The position numbers were made by a program, and so were the translations under genes. From the NCBI RefSeq assembly GCF_009914755.1, contig NC_060930.1: 64,000 bases of DNA. The stretch is one strand, 5' to 3'. The DNA is from the human T2T-CHM13v2.0 reference genome, Homo sapiens. Positions 12,222 to 25,017 of the stretch are shown piece after piece (within the stretch, counting starts at the first letter, position 1; the number at the start of each line of letters is the position of its first letter). The notes under the pieces are model-generated. The model saw only the letters and a list, made by a program, of their open reading frames with translations. It was not told the origin of the DNA and made no database searches.

Positions 12222-12499
12222 AACCCTTTGCATTCCAACCAGTCATCCCTAAGTTTCGCTACATTTATTGTGAAGATTTTAAGGTTGTGGCAGCAAATAT
12301 AGAGAAGTGGTGTGGCCCACCCCAAATCCACAGGAACGAGCTTGGAAGGTACCATCATGCACTGTGTCTCATGGAGTCCCTCTGTTCTAGGTGAAGTCCG
12401 ACTTTCCCTGAAAGACCGAGGCCTCTCCCCTTGCACCACAGCCTCACTTTATCATCATCCCTCAGCCTCACAGCGGGTTTTCCAAACCTTAGTCCACCA

Positions 12500-12815
12500 G
12501 GTGCTTTCCAGCCCCCGTCCAAAAGGCTGCTCCCATAGCCCACCCAGCCCACTCACCCCCGGAACTCTTCAGGTCCCACCCAGGCTCCTCAAGGGTGGCT
12601 TTTGTGCTCCCCACAGCTGTTACCGATTTCCACTGCACCTTGTGCTTTTACCTTGTATTTTATTATGATTCATTACTTTAATGATTATTGGTTTAATATC
12701 TTTGCCTCCATTCGACTGGGAGTTTCAAAAATTGTAGAAACTCCATTTGATGTGTTTTGCTACTGTGTCTCTATTGGTCAGTAGTGACATGACGAGTATT
12801 TTTGAATGAATGCGT
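12500..12815 (+). mobile_element. L2 3'-end fragment
   Basis: Ends in the L2-type tail tatttttgaatgaatg. Confidence 0.55.
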
Positions 12816-13647
12816 GTATGCCTTTTAGAGGCCACTAAACCTAGGATTTCCCTGGGTTTCTTGTGGCTCTATGATGTGCTGGGCATGACTAAAAATTCAA
12901 GTTGAGTAAGATAGTCCCTATTCTTAAAGACCATATATTCTTGCATTCTTTAGGTCAGCCTCCTGTTTAGAACCCATTGAACTTTTGAATTTAGAATTCA
13001 CCTGTTGGGAGGCCTTTTTAATAATGCAGGTGTGGGTGAGGAATGTCTCACCTGGAGAAGCTGCAATTGGCATGTATGGAAGGGAAGCTGAGGAGGTTTA
13101 AGGAAAGATGAGGTTTGTTAACTGATGCGGACTTGGAGTTGAAATTAAATGAGCAGAGGTGAGGCCAGAGGGCAAAAACAGAAGAAAGAAGGAAGGAGAT
13201 GAGGACTTAGGAAAGGAAACAGGATCAGGGAAAGAGGTAGGGGAAGCAACAGAAAATGTCAGCATCATGGAAACACAAAAGCAAAGTGCTTCTGATGTGT
13301 AATGGGGGCAACAGAATGAAGACCTTCAGGAACATGGTTTTGTGCACTGGTAGGAGTGGGAGTGAGGCCACAGAGGCTGAGGGAAAAAGAGAGGGAGCAG
13401 GCAATGTGACTTCAGGCCACCCACTCAAGATTTTATCCTGAGGGGAAGGAAAGAAGGATGGCTCTGCTAACCTCCAGCTGCCTTCCAATGCCAGGACCTG
13501 AGAGTGTGAGACTCCCTGGTGGCAACGATGTTTCTCTGGGATGATTTTTATGATGTGTGACTAGAGAAGGTAAATAGAAGATGCAGTGGAGCCCAGCGAA
13601 AACCTTTTTGGGACTTCAAGAGACCTACCCATGTTTCAAGGCAGGGG

Positions 13648-14288
13648 TGTCAAAGGTGATTGAACCAGAGCGACTCCATCTTGAACGGGGGCTGGGTAAA
13701 ATCAGGCTGACACCTACTGGGCTGCATTCCCAAGAGATTAAGGCATTCTTAGTCACAGGATGAGATAGGAGGTCAGCACAGGGTACAGGTCACAAAGGCC
13801 CTGCTGATAAAACAGCATGTGGTAAAGAAGCTGGCTAAAACCCACCAAAACCAAAATGGTGACAAAAGTGACAGCTGGTCGTCCTCACTGCTCATTATAC
13901 ACTAATTATAATGCATTAGCATGCTAAAAGACACTCCCTCTAGCGCCATGACAGTTTACAAATGCCATAGCAATGTCAGGAAGTTACCCTATATGGCCTA
14001 AAAAGGGGAGGAACCCTCAGTTCTGGGAATTGCCCAGCCGTTTCCTGGAAAACTCATGAATAATCCACCCCTTGTTTAGCATATAATCAAGAAGTCTATA
14101 GTCAAGAAGTATAATCAGTTGAGCAGCCTATGCTGCTGCTCTGCTTATGGAGTAGCCAGTCTTTATTTCCTTTACTTTCTTAATAAACTTGCTTTCACTT
14201 TCCTGTATGGACTCATCCCAAATTCTTTCTTGTGGGAGGTCCAAGAACCCTCTCTTGGGGACTGGACTGGGACGCCTTTCCTGTAACC
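13648..14288 (+). mobile_element. MER41B ERV1 solo LTR
   Basis: Starts tgtcaaaggtgattgaaccagagcgactccatcttgaa, carries the GAS-containing segment and aataaacttgctttcacttt, ends ctgtaac(c). Near-TSD gggg/ggga. Confidence 0.93.
14021..14050. promoter_or_regulatory. Tandem GAS (STAT) motifs within MER41B: TTCTGGGAA (14021-14029) and TTCCTGGAA (14042-14050)
   Basis: Both match TTCNNNGAA at the position where MER41B carries its tandem STAT1 sites. Activity is not shown by the sequence. Confidence 0.7.
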
Positions 14289-15966
14289 GGGAGAACAGGG
14301 CCAGTGCTGGGAACTGGCAGGGCCTGGGGTTGGGGTGTGGGGATGGAAGGTTGAACATAGAACACAGAAGGAAGACCCTGAGGGGACCCAGCGCCCTAGA
14401 GCACTCTAAGCCAGGGGAAGCCTTTCTTCCTGGAGACAGAAGGAGGAGGGGCACGCTTCCATTGCTCCCCCTTCAAATCCTCTAGGGAACACACTGGTGC
14501 TTTTAACAACAATCATCGTGTGTGCAGCCCTCCCTTAACCTGCCTTCCCACACTAGCATGGAATCCCCACGGAGGTGCGGCTCTCACTGGACAAGCACAG
14601 ACCAAGGTCTGCAGGAGCAGGGTCAAGGGAGGTGCTCTACAGGGAAAAACGCACCGTCTGTGTCTTTGACAGGGCAGTGGGAAACATTTGGAACTGAAGA
14701 ATAGCGAAAATGAAGGTTCATTTCCAGTGGGTGTGGGAGAAGCCCTTTACCAGTTACTATCAATTATTGCTAGTTACTGATCTGCTCTGGTCTTCAGAGC
14801 ATCCTGACTCAATGCCTCTTTCTGGGAAGGACGGGAAGGGAGGGGAGTTGGGGGAGAGGAGGAAAGGGAGGAGAGTATGTAATAGTGACCCAGGAAGTAA
14901 AGCAACAAGCCCAGGGTTTGCATCTGCTTCACATTTTGAGAAATAATGTTTTAAGTGGATCTTGAACAATTCTATGGGGGAGGACAGAACAGGTGAGTTG
15001 GGAGGATGTCAAAGAATCAACACCGATGCCAATGTCCTAACATCTTTGTGATAAAAAGGCATTATATTCATGAGGGAGGTGAATGAGGGAAGAGATGGAT
15101 TTAAAAATGATTTCTAGCTTTGATGGACAAATCATATTTCTTATTCACCAAAGCTCTAAATGGCTTTCAATCTTTAATAACTCCTTTCATGCCGTATAGT
15201 CCAAGAAACCTTTCAAAATGGTAAGATTGCAGCTCAGTTACACATAAATAGGCTGAACTTTTTTTTACAAGTTTGAATTTAAATGATGAAAATTGACATT
15301 TTCATCTTGCAAAAGAAAATGAATTGCAGATCTCCTAAATAAATACTTACAAACAAAATGCAAACGTCTTTGAATCTGAAAGCTTGCCTGTGAATGACAA
15401 GGGAGTTTTTGCCTGGGTAGACTTTGAAGCATTCTGTAAACCTTTTAAAGAAAGGAGTGCCTTTGAAACCTCAAAAACTTGTAGTACTAAATATTTTAGT
15501 TGTGATTTATGAACAGTGTTAAAAAATATGCCTTTTCTTTCATTAAAAAAAAAGTTCTAATACTTAGCAAAATGATGAGGATTTATGTGTTAAAATGTTT
15601 TGCAGGGCAGCTTCTGAGTAATAGATTCATAAATATTTCCCTTTTTAAATTTAAAAGTAAAAATAAATTAGAAAAAAAACACCACCAAATTAAAGGTATT
15701 CAGTTAAATAGAGAAGATGAACTTCGGATTTTCACCTGACCTCACAGTGTTTGAACACTGAACTACACCCCCTCATCAAAGGTAGGCAGGAATGACCCTC
15801 TAAAAGTTCCTCTCTGTCACCCTCCCTCTAGCGTATATACACGTGCACATGCACCCCAACAGAATACATCAACATTTTGACTATTTACTAAGTTTGCTTT
15901 AAAATCATGCTTCTCTCAACACTGACTATTTTCTATTTAGGTTATTACTATTAAAAAAAAATATCT

Positions 15967-16266
<300 letters not shown>

Positions 16267-19200
16267 TTCCCATGTGCCCAGAGCATTTTAGGCATATGAA
16301 AATGTAATTTAAAACTGATACACAATGATTGTGTGTTATGCAGGTAAAGAGTTAAGAAATAGTCCTCATGAGCTGCTTGAAGAGGGGATGAAAAATGAGA
16401 CAAGAGACGAAAGGATGGCAGGGTCTTTCGGGCAGCGTGGGGGCTCCCCGTTGCTGGGTCCTTTTATGCTTTGTGATTGAATCCAGCCAGACCTCTGAGC
16501 ACTCCTCTCCTTTTTGCTTGTGTGGCGATGGGGGTTGTTGCTGGGGAAAGGCAGGGGGAGTGAACGAGAAAAAAGAAAAGTTGGCCACACAAATACAATG
16601 CCAGAGACTGTGGTCCCAGTTCTATGGGGGAGAGCGAGTGGGAAGTTGCCGGAGCTCCACAAAGCAGCTCTCGTTCCCATGGAAACCGATGTTTAGTGCT
16701 GAGTGCCTCGCTTGACTCTGCATAGCCCCCTTCCTCTGTCTTTTTAAATCTCTGTTGGAGATGCATTGTCTTCTTGGGTTTTTTTGTTTGTTTGTTTTGT
16801 TTTAATAAAAATAAAGACGATGGAGAAGAAAACACTTTCCGCCTCAAGACATCCCGTGGATAGGCTGATGACACATATCCTGGGTGGGTTTGAAATCTGG
16901 CTGGATCTCCCCAGATCTAAGATCTGGTACCTTGTCTTCCAGCCATGTACTGACAGGCCACCAAGAGCTGTGCCAGGCAGAGATTGGCAGACTAATTTGA
17001 ATACCAATGCTGCTCTCGGCTGGCTTCCAGTTACAAGGCGGGGAGGCCCAGGAGGGCAGGCAGGGTGGGGACAGGGGTGGATTCAACAGAGGCTTCTGGG
17101 GGGAGAGGGGGAGTTCTCCCACCATTATGTGCTTCCTTCCTTCTCTTACTCCCATGCCCCTTCTCTGCTGGGTTATTGGCAAGTCTACTTTCTATTCTTC
17201 AAGGATTAATGCCTCAGTGCAAGAGGAAAATTGGCAATTAAAAATATCTCAAAGCCTGGGATTTCTGTCGCTTTATCGTTTTCCAGTTAGATTTCATCAG
17301 GATGCCACTGCACAGAGAAGTTTAGGGCTTTTGTTGTTGTTTGTCAAAGAGTTTAAAACTATGAGCAGGATGTTTTTATCTTCAGAGAAAAAAGACAGGC
17401 AACCTTTTGTGCTAATGGAGCTTAGCTAACATCTATAAGCAGGGAGAATTTCTAAGGGGAAAGTGAGTTACTATAATACTCTCTAACAAAATAATCTGCT
17501 TATAAAAAATAAGATACTAGGTTCTTATCAGAACTGCTGAATATAAGTTATTTGGTACTTTTCCATACTTGAAATTTTTAAAAATCAGAGATTATATATA
17601 CTTATGGAAATTCCTCTCACACCCCTCCAATAAAATATTTTAAATGTAAAAGATGATAAATGTGCATCTCTGCATTGTGAACTATCGTGTTGAAATAATT
17701 TCTCAGCTTCTGAGATTCTAATGAAATTCTCCAGGCAGGTTGAAGTGCTGAATCCCCTGGTGGAAGCTCCGGAGGAACCTTCCTCCCGTCCCCGTTGGCG
17801 GCTGGCAGGCTGTGGTGGTTTCGGGCAGGGAAGGGCCCCGCAGTGTCCCTCCTGTGGCCACACACACTCCTTTATTGCTCCAGCGCCCACCTGCTGCTTG
17901 CACTTGCGATTTGGGTGGCGTGATGCCAGTGACATCAGACAGGCCAGGGTATTGTCCCAGTCTCAGGGAAGATATAAGTTGTCATCATCAGTGAATATTT
18001 ATTAGGTGTTCATAGGCACAGGACTTCATGCAAGGAGTGATCAGCAGGAGACCAGGAAACACAGAGGAAGCCGGATCATTTTTGGGGTGCAAGGCACCTT
18101 GTGCCGGTGATCACTCGTATGCCAGTTTTATTTCTTTGTAAGTGTGAAAAACGTGGCCCCCAATTTCTGCATCATTATTCTAACGAGGTTGGCAAAAGTC
18201 CTAGGCCTTTGTTACAGAGCGACAGCTTTTCTCTTTATATGATATTTTTGAGGTTTATTTATGGAAAGCCTTAAACGTTATTTTTTTCATGATTATCCTT
18301 TAAACCTAGTGCATTATTACCTGGGAAAACTCAGGGAAGATTTCTTGTTCAGAGCTAAGCAAAATAGTATTTACTGTAAGATGTAATGACGCAGCCCAAG
18401 TGGGTTTTTATTTCTAGGCTGGTCATGGTCATAATAGTGACTTTGCCGAGTTTTGAAAACGTATCTGTACAGAAGATTCAAGCTAGAAGAAAACACTAGT
18501 TATTGGAGGAAGTCTTTTACTGTGGGCAGCACGGAGGTCACCTTGTCTGTATGCCTGGGAGATTTCTCCTTGCCCAGCCTATGAAATTAATGGTTTAATA
18601 GAGAGGGAAAGTTCAACCTCAAAATGTAAATCTTTAGCCCAGTTAATAGACACACTGGGGCACTGTATTAACTTGCATTTATATTCAAGCGGCGCGGTCA
18701 CTCTGAAATCCTCCTCTGTGCCGGAAAGCAGCCTCTGCAGGAACTTGAAAGGGCCTAAAGCATGTGGGTTACTGGGTGAACCCCAAATAGTCAAACCAGT
18801 CAAACCAGTCTTTCCCAGCTCTAATTATCAGATGGAGCGGAACACTAGGTAAGAAGTGAGAAGCAGTGGAGTGAGGCGCTGGCTCCCTGAGGAGGAGCTG
18901 GGGAGGAAAGGGCTCATGGAGGGGCAATATTGCTTTGTCTGTCTGTGGACTGTGGATGGGGATTCTAGCCTTCATCGCCTCCATGTTACACATTCACCTT
19001 CCATGGGTTTTCCCATGTGAGCCTTCTAGGGATGAGCTATTACTTACCGTCTTGCATGTTTATTTTCTTCATTTCAAGGGCTTACAGTGCCAGATGCAGA
19101 GTTTGACACAGTTCGGTAAATGAAAGAATAAAGACTGTTAATGAGTTCCACTTTCTGTTTTCTGGTAGAATAGTAAGAACAGGCTTTTCATTTATTTCTA

Positions 19201-20758
19201 CTTTTTCTTATTTGGACTTTTAAGTCTTGCCAGGATAGTCAGACTCTCTTTGTGTTTTGAGGTGGGGTTGTGCCGCTGGAGGAAGCTGAGGGGCAATTGT
19301 GGAGCAGGCAGTCACTTCGATTCTCTGTGAGTGCAGGAATCAGGGTCCAGGGCAGTTTCACTGCAAGGTGCACGGCCCTGCTGGACTTGTTGCTTAATAT
19401 CTCAATTTTTTGAGGCCCTGAAATTGTGCAAACCCTTGGATGAATTTTCGTCTCATTCTGCAGCATTATTTCCAACTGCCGCTCCACCATGGCAGCTCTC
19501 CCAGGGGCTTTGTTAATGAATATAATTTTACAGCAACAAAAGAAGCTACGAGAACTGAAAGTTCTAGAGGGAAAACAGCACTTTCTTTTTTCCCCAAGTC
19601 AAATTTTTGAAGTCGCAGCTGTTTTCTCCTGCAGACCCACAGTCACATGGATCCCTGTTTAGGGAATCCTAGTCTTTTCAGTGGGAGGTTTTGATTTACT
19701 CACCTATCAAGACACTAGCTTATGTTCAAGAGCTCAAAGTCCTCATTTTGGATTCTTGTCAGTAGTAATATCACACACCCTTTCCCTGTACATTATCCAG
19801 TTCAGAAGTACAGGTGGTGCTTTGAAACTGTCAGGCCACAATAATGAGAAACGAAGAAATGTTACTTGAGCTTTGAAAAACAGGAGTCCATACATGATGG
19901 TGGTGTTGGAAGTGTGAACTCCATAGACTCAGCGCTTTTCCTGTCTTACTTTCAGCCTTGCTCCCTCCCTCCATCTGATTCACAGCTGCCTGTCCATTAA
20001 GGCACTAAGAGCTCATGGCTGCAGGGTGGACAGTGGCTGGACTTTTCCCCTGGTATTTCTGCTGCCTCCATTAACTGGACATCAATGAATTTGAATAATG
20101 GGTTGGTTTGTTATGCAGAAAAATAGATATTCATTCCTAGGAAGTTAGCTCCTTTAGAGGAAGTTTCCACTGGCAAACAGGACCCAAAGGATGAGCAGAC
20201 TTAACTCACCAAAAATGTCCTCAATTCCAGTTGCCTTGGCTACAGCAGCAGCAGTTCCTTTCGATCATAGCACTCTTACGCCAGTGTGGCATTGCTGACA
20301 ACTTCACCACCTGCCCCTACACTTCTACACCAGCAGAGACACACCTTCCTCTCCCCTGTGGGCTTCCCTGCTCATGACAAGGCTTGGTCGGTGGATGGTG
20401 TATGTACATTTCAGTGAGTGAGAGCAGTGCTTGAAGTATGAATCATTGATTATGTACTGATTCCTTTGCTCATTGGTTTGTATATAAAACATTGATGAGT
20501 CCTCTGTAAACTTAAGTAAGATAGGTTCAGCCATGCCAAGGGTTCACAATCCAGCAGGGCTCACAAAAGGATAATTGGTATTAATATAATGATTGCTGTA
20601 ATGGATATTTATACTCAAGGTTCTATGGGAACATGGAAAAGTGAGCTCTTGAGTTCGTTGTTGGGAGAAACATGGAAAAAAATGATGAAGTGAATTTTAC
20701 TGTAAAAGTAAAGTGGAGAAAAGTAGAAGTGTTGGTAAGCTTCAGTAGAGGGAGAAGG

Positions 20759-21011
20759 CAAGGACGCATGATGACTTTATGGGCTCTGGAGACTATGTGT
20801 GGGCCACTTTTTCGATAACAAGATTATATTCACAATTACATAATTATTTTATGACTGTTGGTATGAAGATTAATATATCAGTATTGTTTATTGAAACATT
20901 TCATTTGACCCCAACATTCATTTTTTTCTTCTGATTTTAAAAGAAATAAAAATATTTTGAAGGCTCCTTAAAGTATTGTGGGCCCTTGGCACTGGCTCTG
21001 TATCAGCCCTG
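20759..21011. mobile_element. hAT (Tip100-like) MITE, subfamily uncertain
   Basis: Imperfect terminal inverted repeats caaggac.../...cagccctg around an AT-rich core. Perfect 8-bp TSD ggagaagg at 20751-20758 and 21012-21019, the hAT signature length. Confidence 0.75.
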
Positions 21012-21245
21012 GGAGAAGGTAAAGAGAGGGAGAAAGAAGAGGAAGAGAAGAACAAAGTTGTAGAAAGAAGAGAAGAAAAGCAGTCCCGCAAAAGAACAGT
21101 GTGAGATGCGTAGAGATTGCAAAAGAAATGATAACACAAGTTCATCAAATAATAAAATAAAAATATGAAAACAGAAGAAAATCAAAAGAAAGTAGAAAAG
21201 TGAGGTGGAACTGAGAATGGTCACTGAGAACAACAAAATGTAAAA

Positions 21246-21253
21246 TGACGTCA
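21246..21253. promoter_or_regulatory. Full palindromic CRE motif TGACGTCA
   Basis: Exact motif match with its CpG retained. Function unknown. Confidence 0.3.
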
Positions 21254-21450
21254 GAAGTTTTTCCTTTGAGTAGAGCCCCGAGAGAGAGGGAGGGCTTGGT
21301 CTTTCCCACCACTGCTTGGTAGTAAAGGCCATCCCTGGGGCAGGGGCAGGTAGGGAGAGAGGCCACCCTAGGACAGGAAGATCTGAACTGGGCTGGGCCC
21401 AAGGGAGCTTGGCAGGCGAAGACAGTGCCCAGTGACTTAGCCTGCCTTGA

Positions 21451-21905
<455 letters not shown>

Positions 21906-21964
21906 CATTCTGGACTTTATGACATTTATTTTGCTGTTGTTTCTAAATGCCTATCACAGAACAA

Positions 21965-22135
21965 GCTTTTCATAGGTATAATACATTTTCATGTACTTAT
22001 TTATTTTCATATTCACAGTAGTCCTGTGAAGAAGACATCACTCTTCTCACTTTATAAATGAGAAACCAGGCTCAGAGTTTGTAACTGGCCCTAAGTCACA
22101 TAGTTATGGAATTTCCTGAGGAGGGACTGACTTGA
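21965..22135 (-). mobile_element. MIR SINE
   Basis: Contains ctcactttataaatgagaaaccaggctcagag...ggccctaagtcacatag. Confidence 0.7.
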
Positions 22136-22555
22136 CACTAGGGGTGTGTGTGTGTTCACACCTGTGTATGTGTGTTTCACTGGCACTGCCTTTCTGTGTA
22201 ATGTTAAAAGATAACTGATTCCACATTGACTAGGGTATTCTTACACACTTTTTCCCATTTTTTTCTCATTTGGTTATTTATGCATTCTAAAGTCTGCCTA
22301 ACATTCCTTTCCTTCTCTTTAATGAAAGCACCACTCTGATCATCTATCATTGGTTTGACCCAGCTGACATCTTAAATACAAAACCATGAGTAAGCTACTC
22401 TTCCTTTGATACTTAGGCATAAAATTTGGCATGCCAAATGTTTATGTTTATGAAGTTTTTCTAACACAGCTTGGAATTTTCATGTATCTGTTGATGACAT
22501 GCAAATTGTTTCCCTTAGCATGCAGAAAATCCAAATGTAATTTAGAAAACGTTTC

Positions 22556-22899
<344 letters not shown>

Positions 22900-23669
22900 T
22901 CACATTCAATGCATAACTTGGCAAGTTTTATTTTTTCCCCATAACATATAATTTTAAAGGAATCTAGTGCTTAGGAAAACTCCTTATGCATTGAGGCAAA
23001 GGTAGAGTTTTGCCAAAGATGTTAGCCCTTGGTAAGTTTAAAGCAACGTCCATTGGCTTCAACGTTTCATCCCCAAAGATTGTGCCATAGGTAGTTGCCA
23101 TGTGCTTGGTTCAAATCAGTGAGAAATTATACAGAGCAGGAGGAAGTTGTGGTTGATTCATGACTCCTGTAGGAAAGCATTTGATTCAAACCATACCCTG
23201 TTCTCAGCGGCCAGTAAGAGAGGGAGTTCTACTTCAATCCTATTCTTCCTCAGTCTAGCTTGACTGGTCCACAGGTTGGGTGGTTCCATGGACTAAGATT
23301 AATGTAGGAATTCAGTAAATCTTGGCTGCTAGCTGTGGCTCCGTCATTAATTCACCAAGGAAGGCCGGTAAATTAGTCTAGCTTTTATGTGCTAATGTTT
23401 TCTCATGTAAAAAATGAGCACAATAACGACGGCTGAGCTATGAATTTTGCAAATAAAAGTTTTTCTAAAGCAAGTCTTGTTGATGTATTATCTTGCTTAC
23501 TGAAAGGAAGTTGGGTGTTCAAGATTCGAAAATATATATGCATCTCTAAATCTGTCATTTAATGGCATGGCTACTAACTCACGGAGTGATTCTAAGGGTT
23601 ATGTCTGTGTTTTTAAGTCAAGTCTGCAAAATGGAAAAACATTTGAGACACTTGTAAACCTGTAAAGCT

Positions 23670-24305
23670 CCATTTATTTAACTATAATAATAAGTACTGC
23701 CTGAATCCTTACTGTGCGTAAGCTGCTGGGTACAGAGAGAAATAAGAACTTGTTCCTACCCTCCAAAGACCGCAGTCTAACTGGAAACAAACAGGTAATA
23801 ACTATAATGCAAATCTAATATACTGTAAACTTTAGTACAATAGGATGTCTTCTAAAGTCTGTAGAACATTTCTGTATAAGTAAAAAGTGTGAGAATTAAT
23901 TCTATGTGAGACAGCGGATTGAGGAGGTGGCATTTAGAAGGAACCTATGGAAGGTATAAGATATAAGATGGTCTGTAGGGAAGGTGGAGGAGTGCTTCCC
24001 AAGGAGACGCAGTGGGCCAGGCACAAGGCTGGGTGTGCATGGCCTGGCCACAGAGCTTCCAAGATGCTAAGGTGGGTGGAGCACAGTAGGGCCTGGGAAG
24101 TGGTGAGCCTGGAATGGTGGATTGAGGCAGCTGGTAAGATACCTTTACACTTACATTTACATCTGGAGCCCTCAGAAGTGTTGACATGAGAAGGTAGCAT
24201 AGTCGGAGTTGCTGTTTCAGGAATATCTGTGTTGGTAGAATGGGAAGGGATGGAAGGGAGCAGTGTTGAGTCAGAGAAGCTGGTTTGGAGGATGCTGGGT
24301 TCATG
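23670..24305 (-). mobile_element. L2 fragment
   Basis: Antisense L2 3' end: catttatttaa...tactgtgcgtaagctgctgggtacagagagaaataag...cctaccctccaaagaccgcagtctaa. Confidence 0.6.
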
Positions 24306-24309
24306 ACAC

Positions 24310-25017
24310 TGTTAGCCGCAGGGAATCCACAGGGGTCTGCAGCAACCTCAATTCTTGCCTCCTCAGAAGAATTCCACAGAGGGTCATAGGGCAGAGTGAG
24401 AGACCAAGGCAAGTTTGAGAGCAGGAGTGAAAGTTTATTACAACATTTTAGAGCAGGAACGAAAGTAAAGTACACGCAGAAGGGGGTCTAGCGGGGGACT
24501 TGAGTGATCAAGTGCCCTGTTTGACCTTTGACTTGGGGTCTTCTACGCTGGCATATGCTTCCGGGGCCTTGCGCGCCTGCTCTCCTGATTGCTCCCTTGG
24601 GGTGGTGTCCGCATGTGCAGTGACCTGCCAGCACCTGGGAAAGGAGCACGCACAGTTGTGTTTACGGGAGTTGTGCGCAGGCGCACTTGAGGCATTTTTT
24701 TTTTTTTTCCCTTCCCGGTCGAGTGTTCCTGGAGAAAGGTCATAGACCAGTTAAACTCCACCATTTTGCCTCTTAGCACACATGCTTGAGCCCACTCGGC
24801 CAACTTCTGAGATCTTATCAGGAAGCTGCTGATCCCCAGTTTCAGGTGTTTCCATCTATTGGAAGACTGCCTTTCCCTGGTGCTGGCTGTGACAAATTAT
24901 GATTTTAGAGACAGCAACCGCCTGACCATCACCTGCTGGCTGCCTGACATTCCTGGTGGGGGTGGGGGGCTGCCCTCTCCTGCCCTGCTCATGTCTGACT
25001 AACCACCTGCTGTAACA
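24310..25017 (-). mobile_element. MER50-like ERV1 solo LTR
   Basis: Reverse complement starts TGTTACAGCAGGTGGTTAGTCAGACATGAGCAGGGCAGGAGAGGG. TG...CA termini, near-TSD acac/atac. Confidence 0.88.

Noticed and set aside
16352-17429. Stack of 100-147 aa ORFs on both strands
   Set aside because: No recognisable domain, low-complexity composition, and overlapping in several frames as expected by chance in GC-richer DNA.
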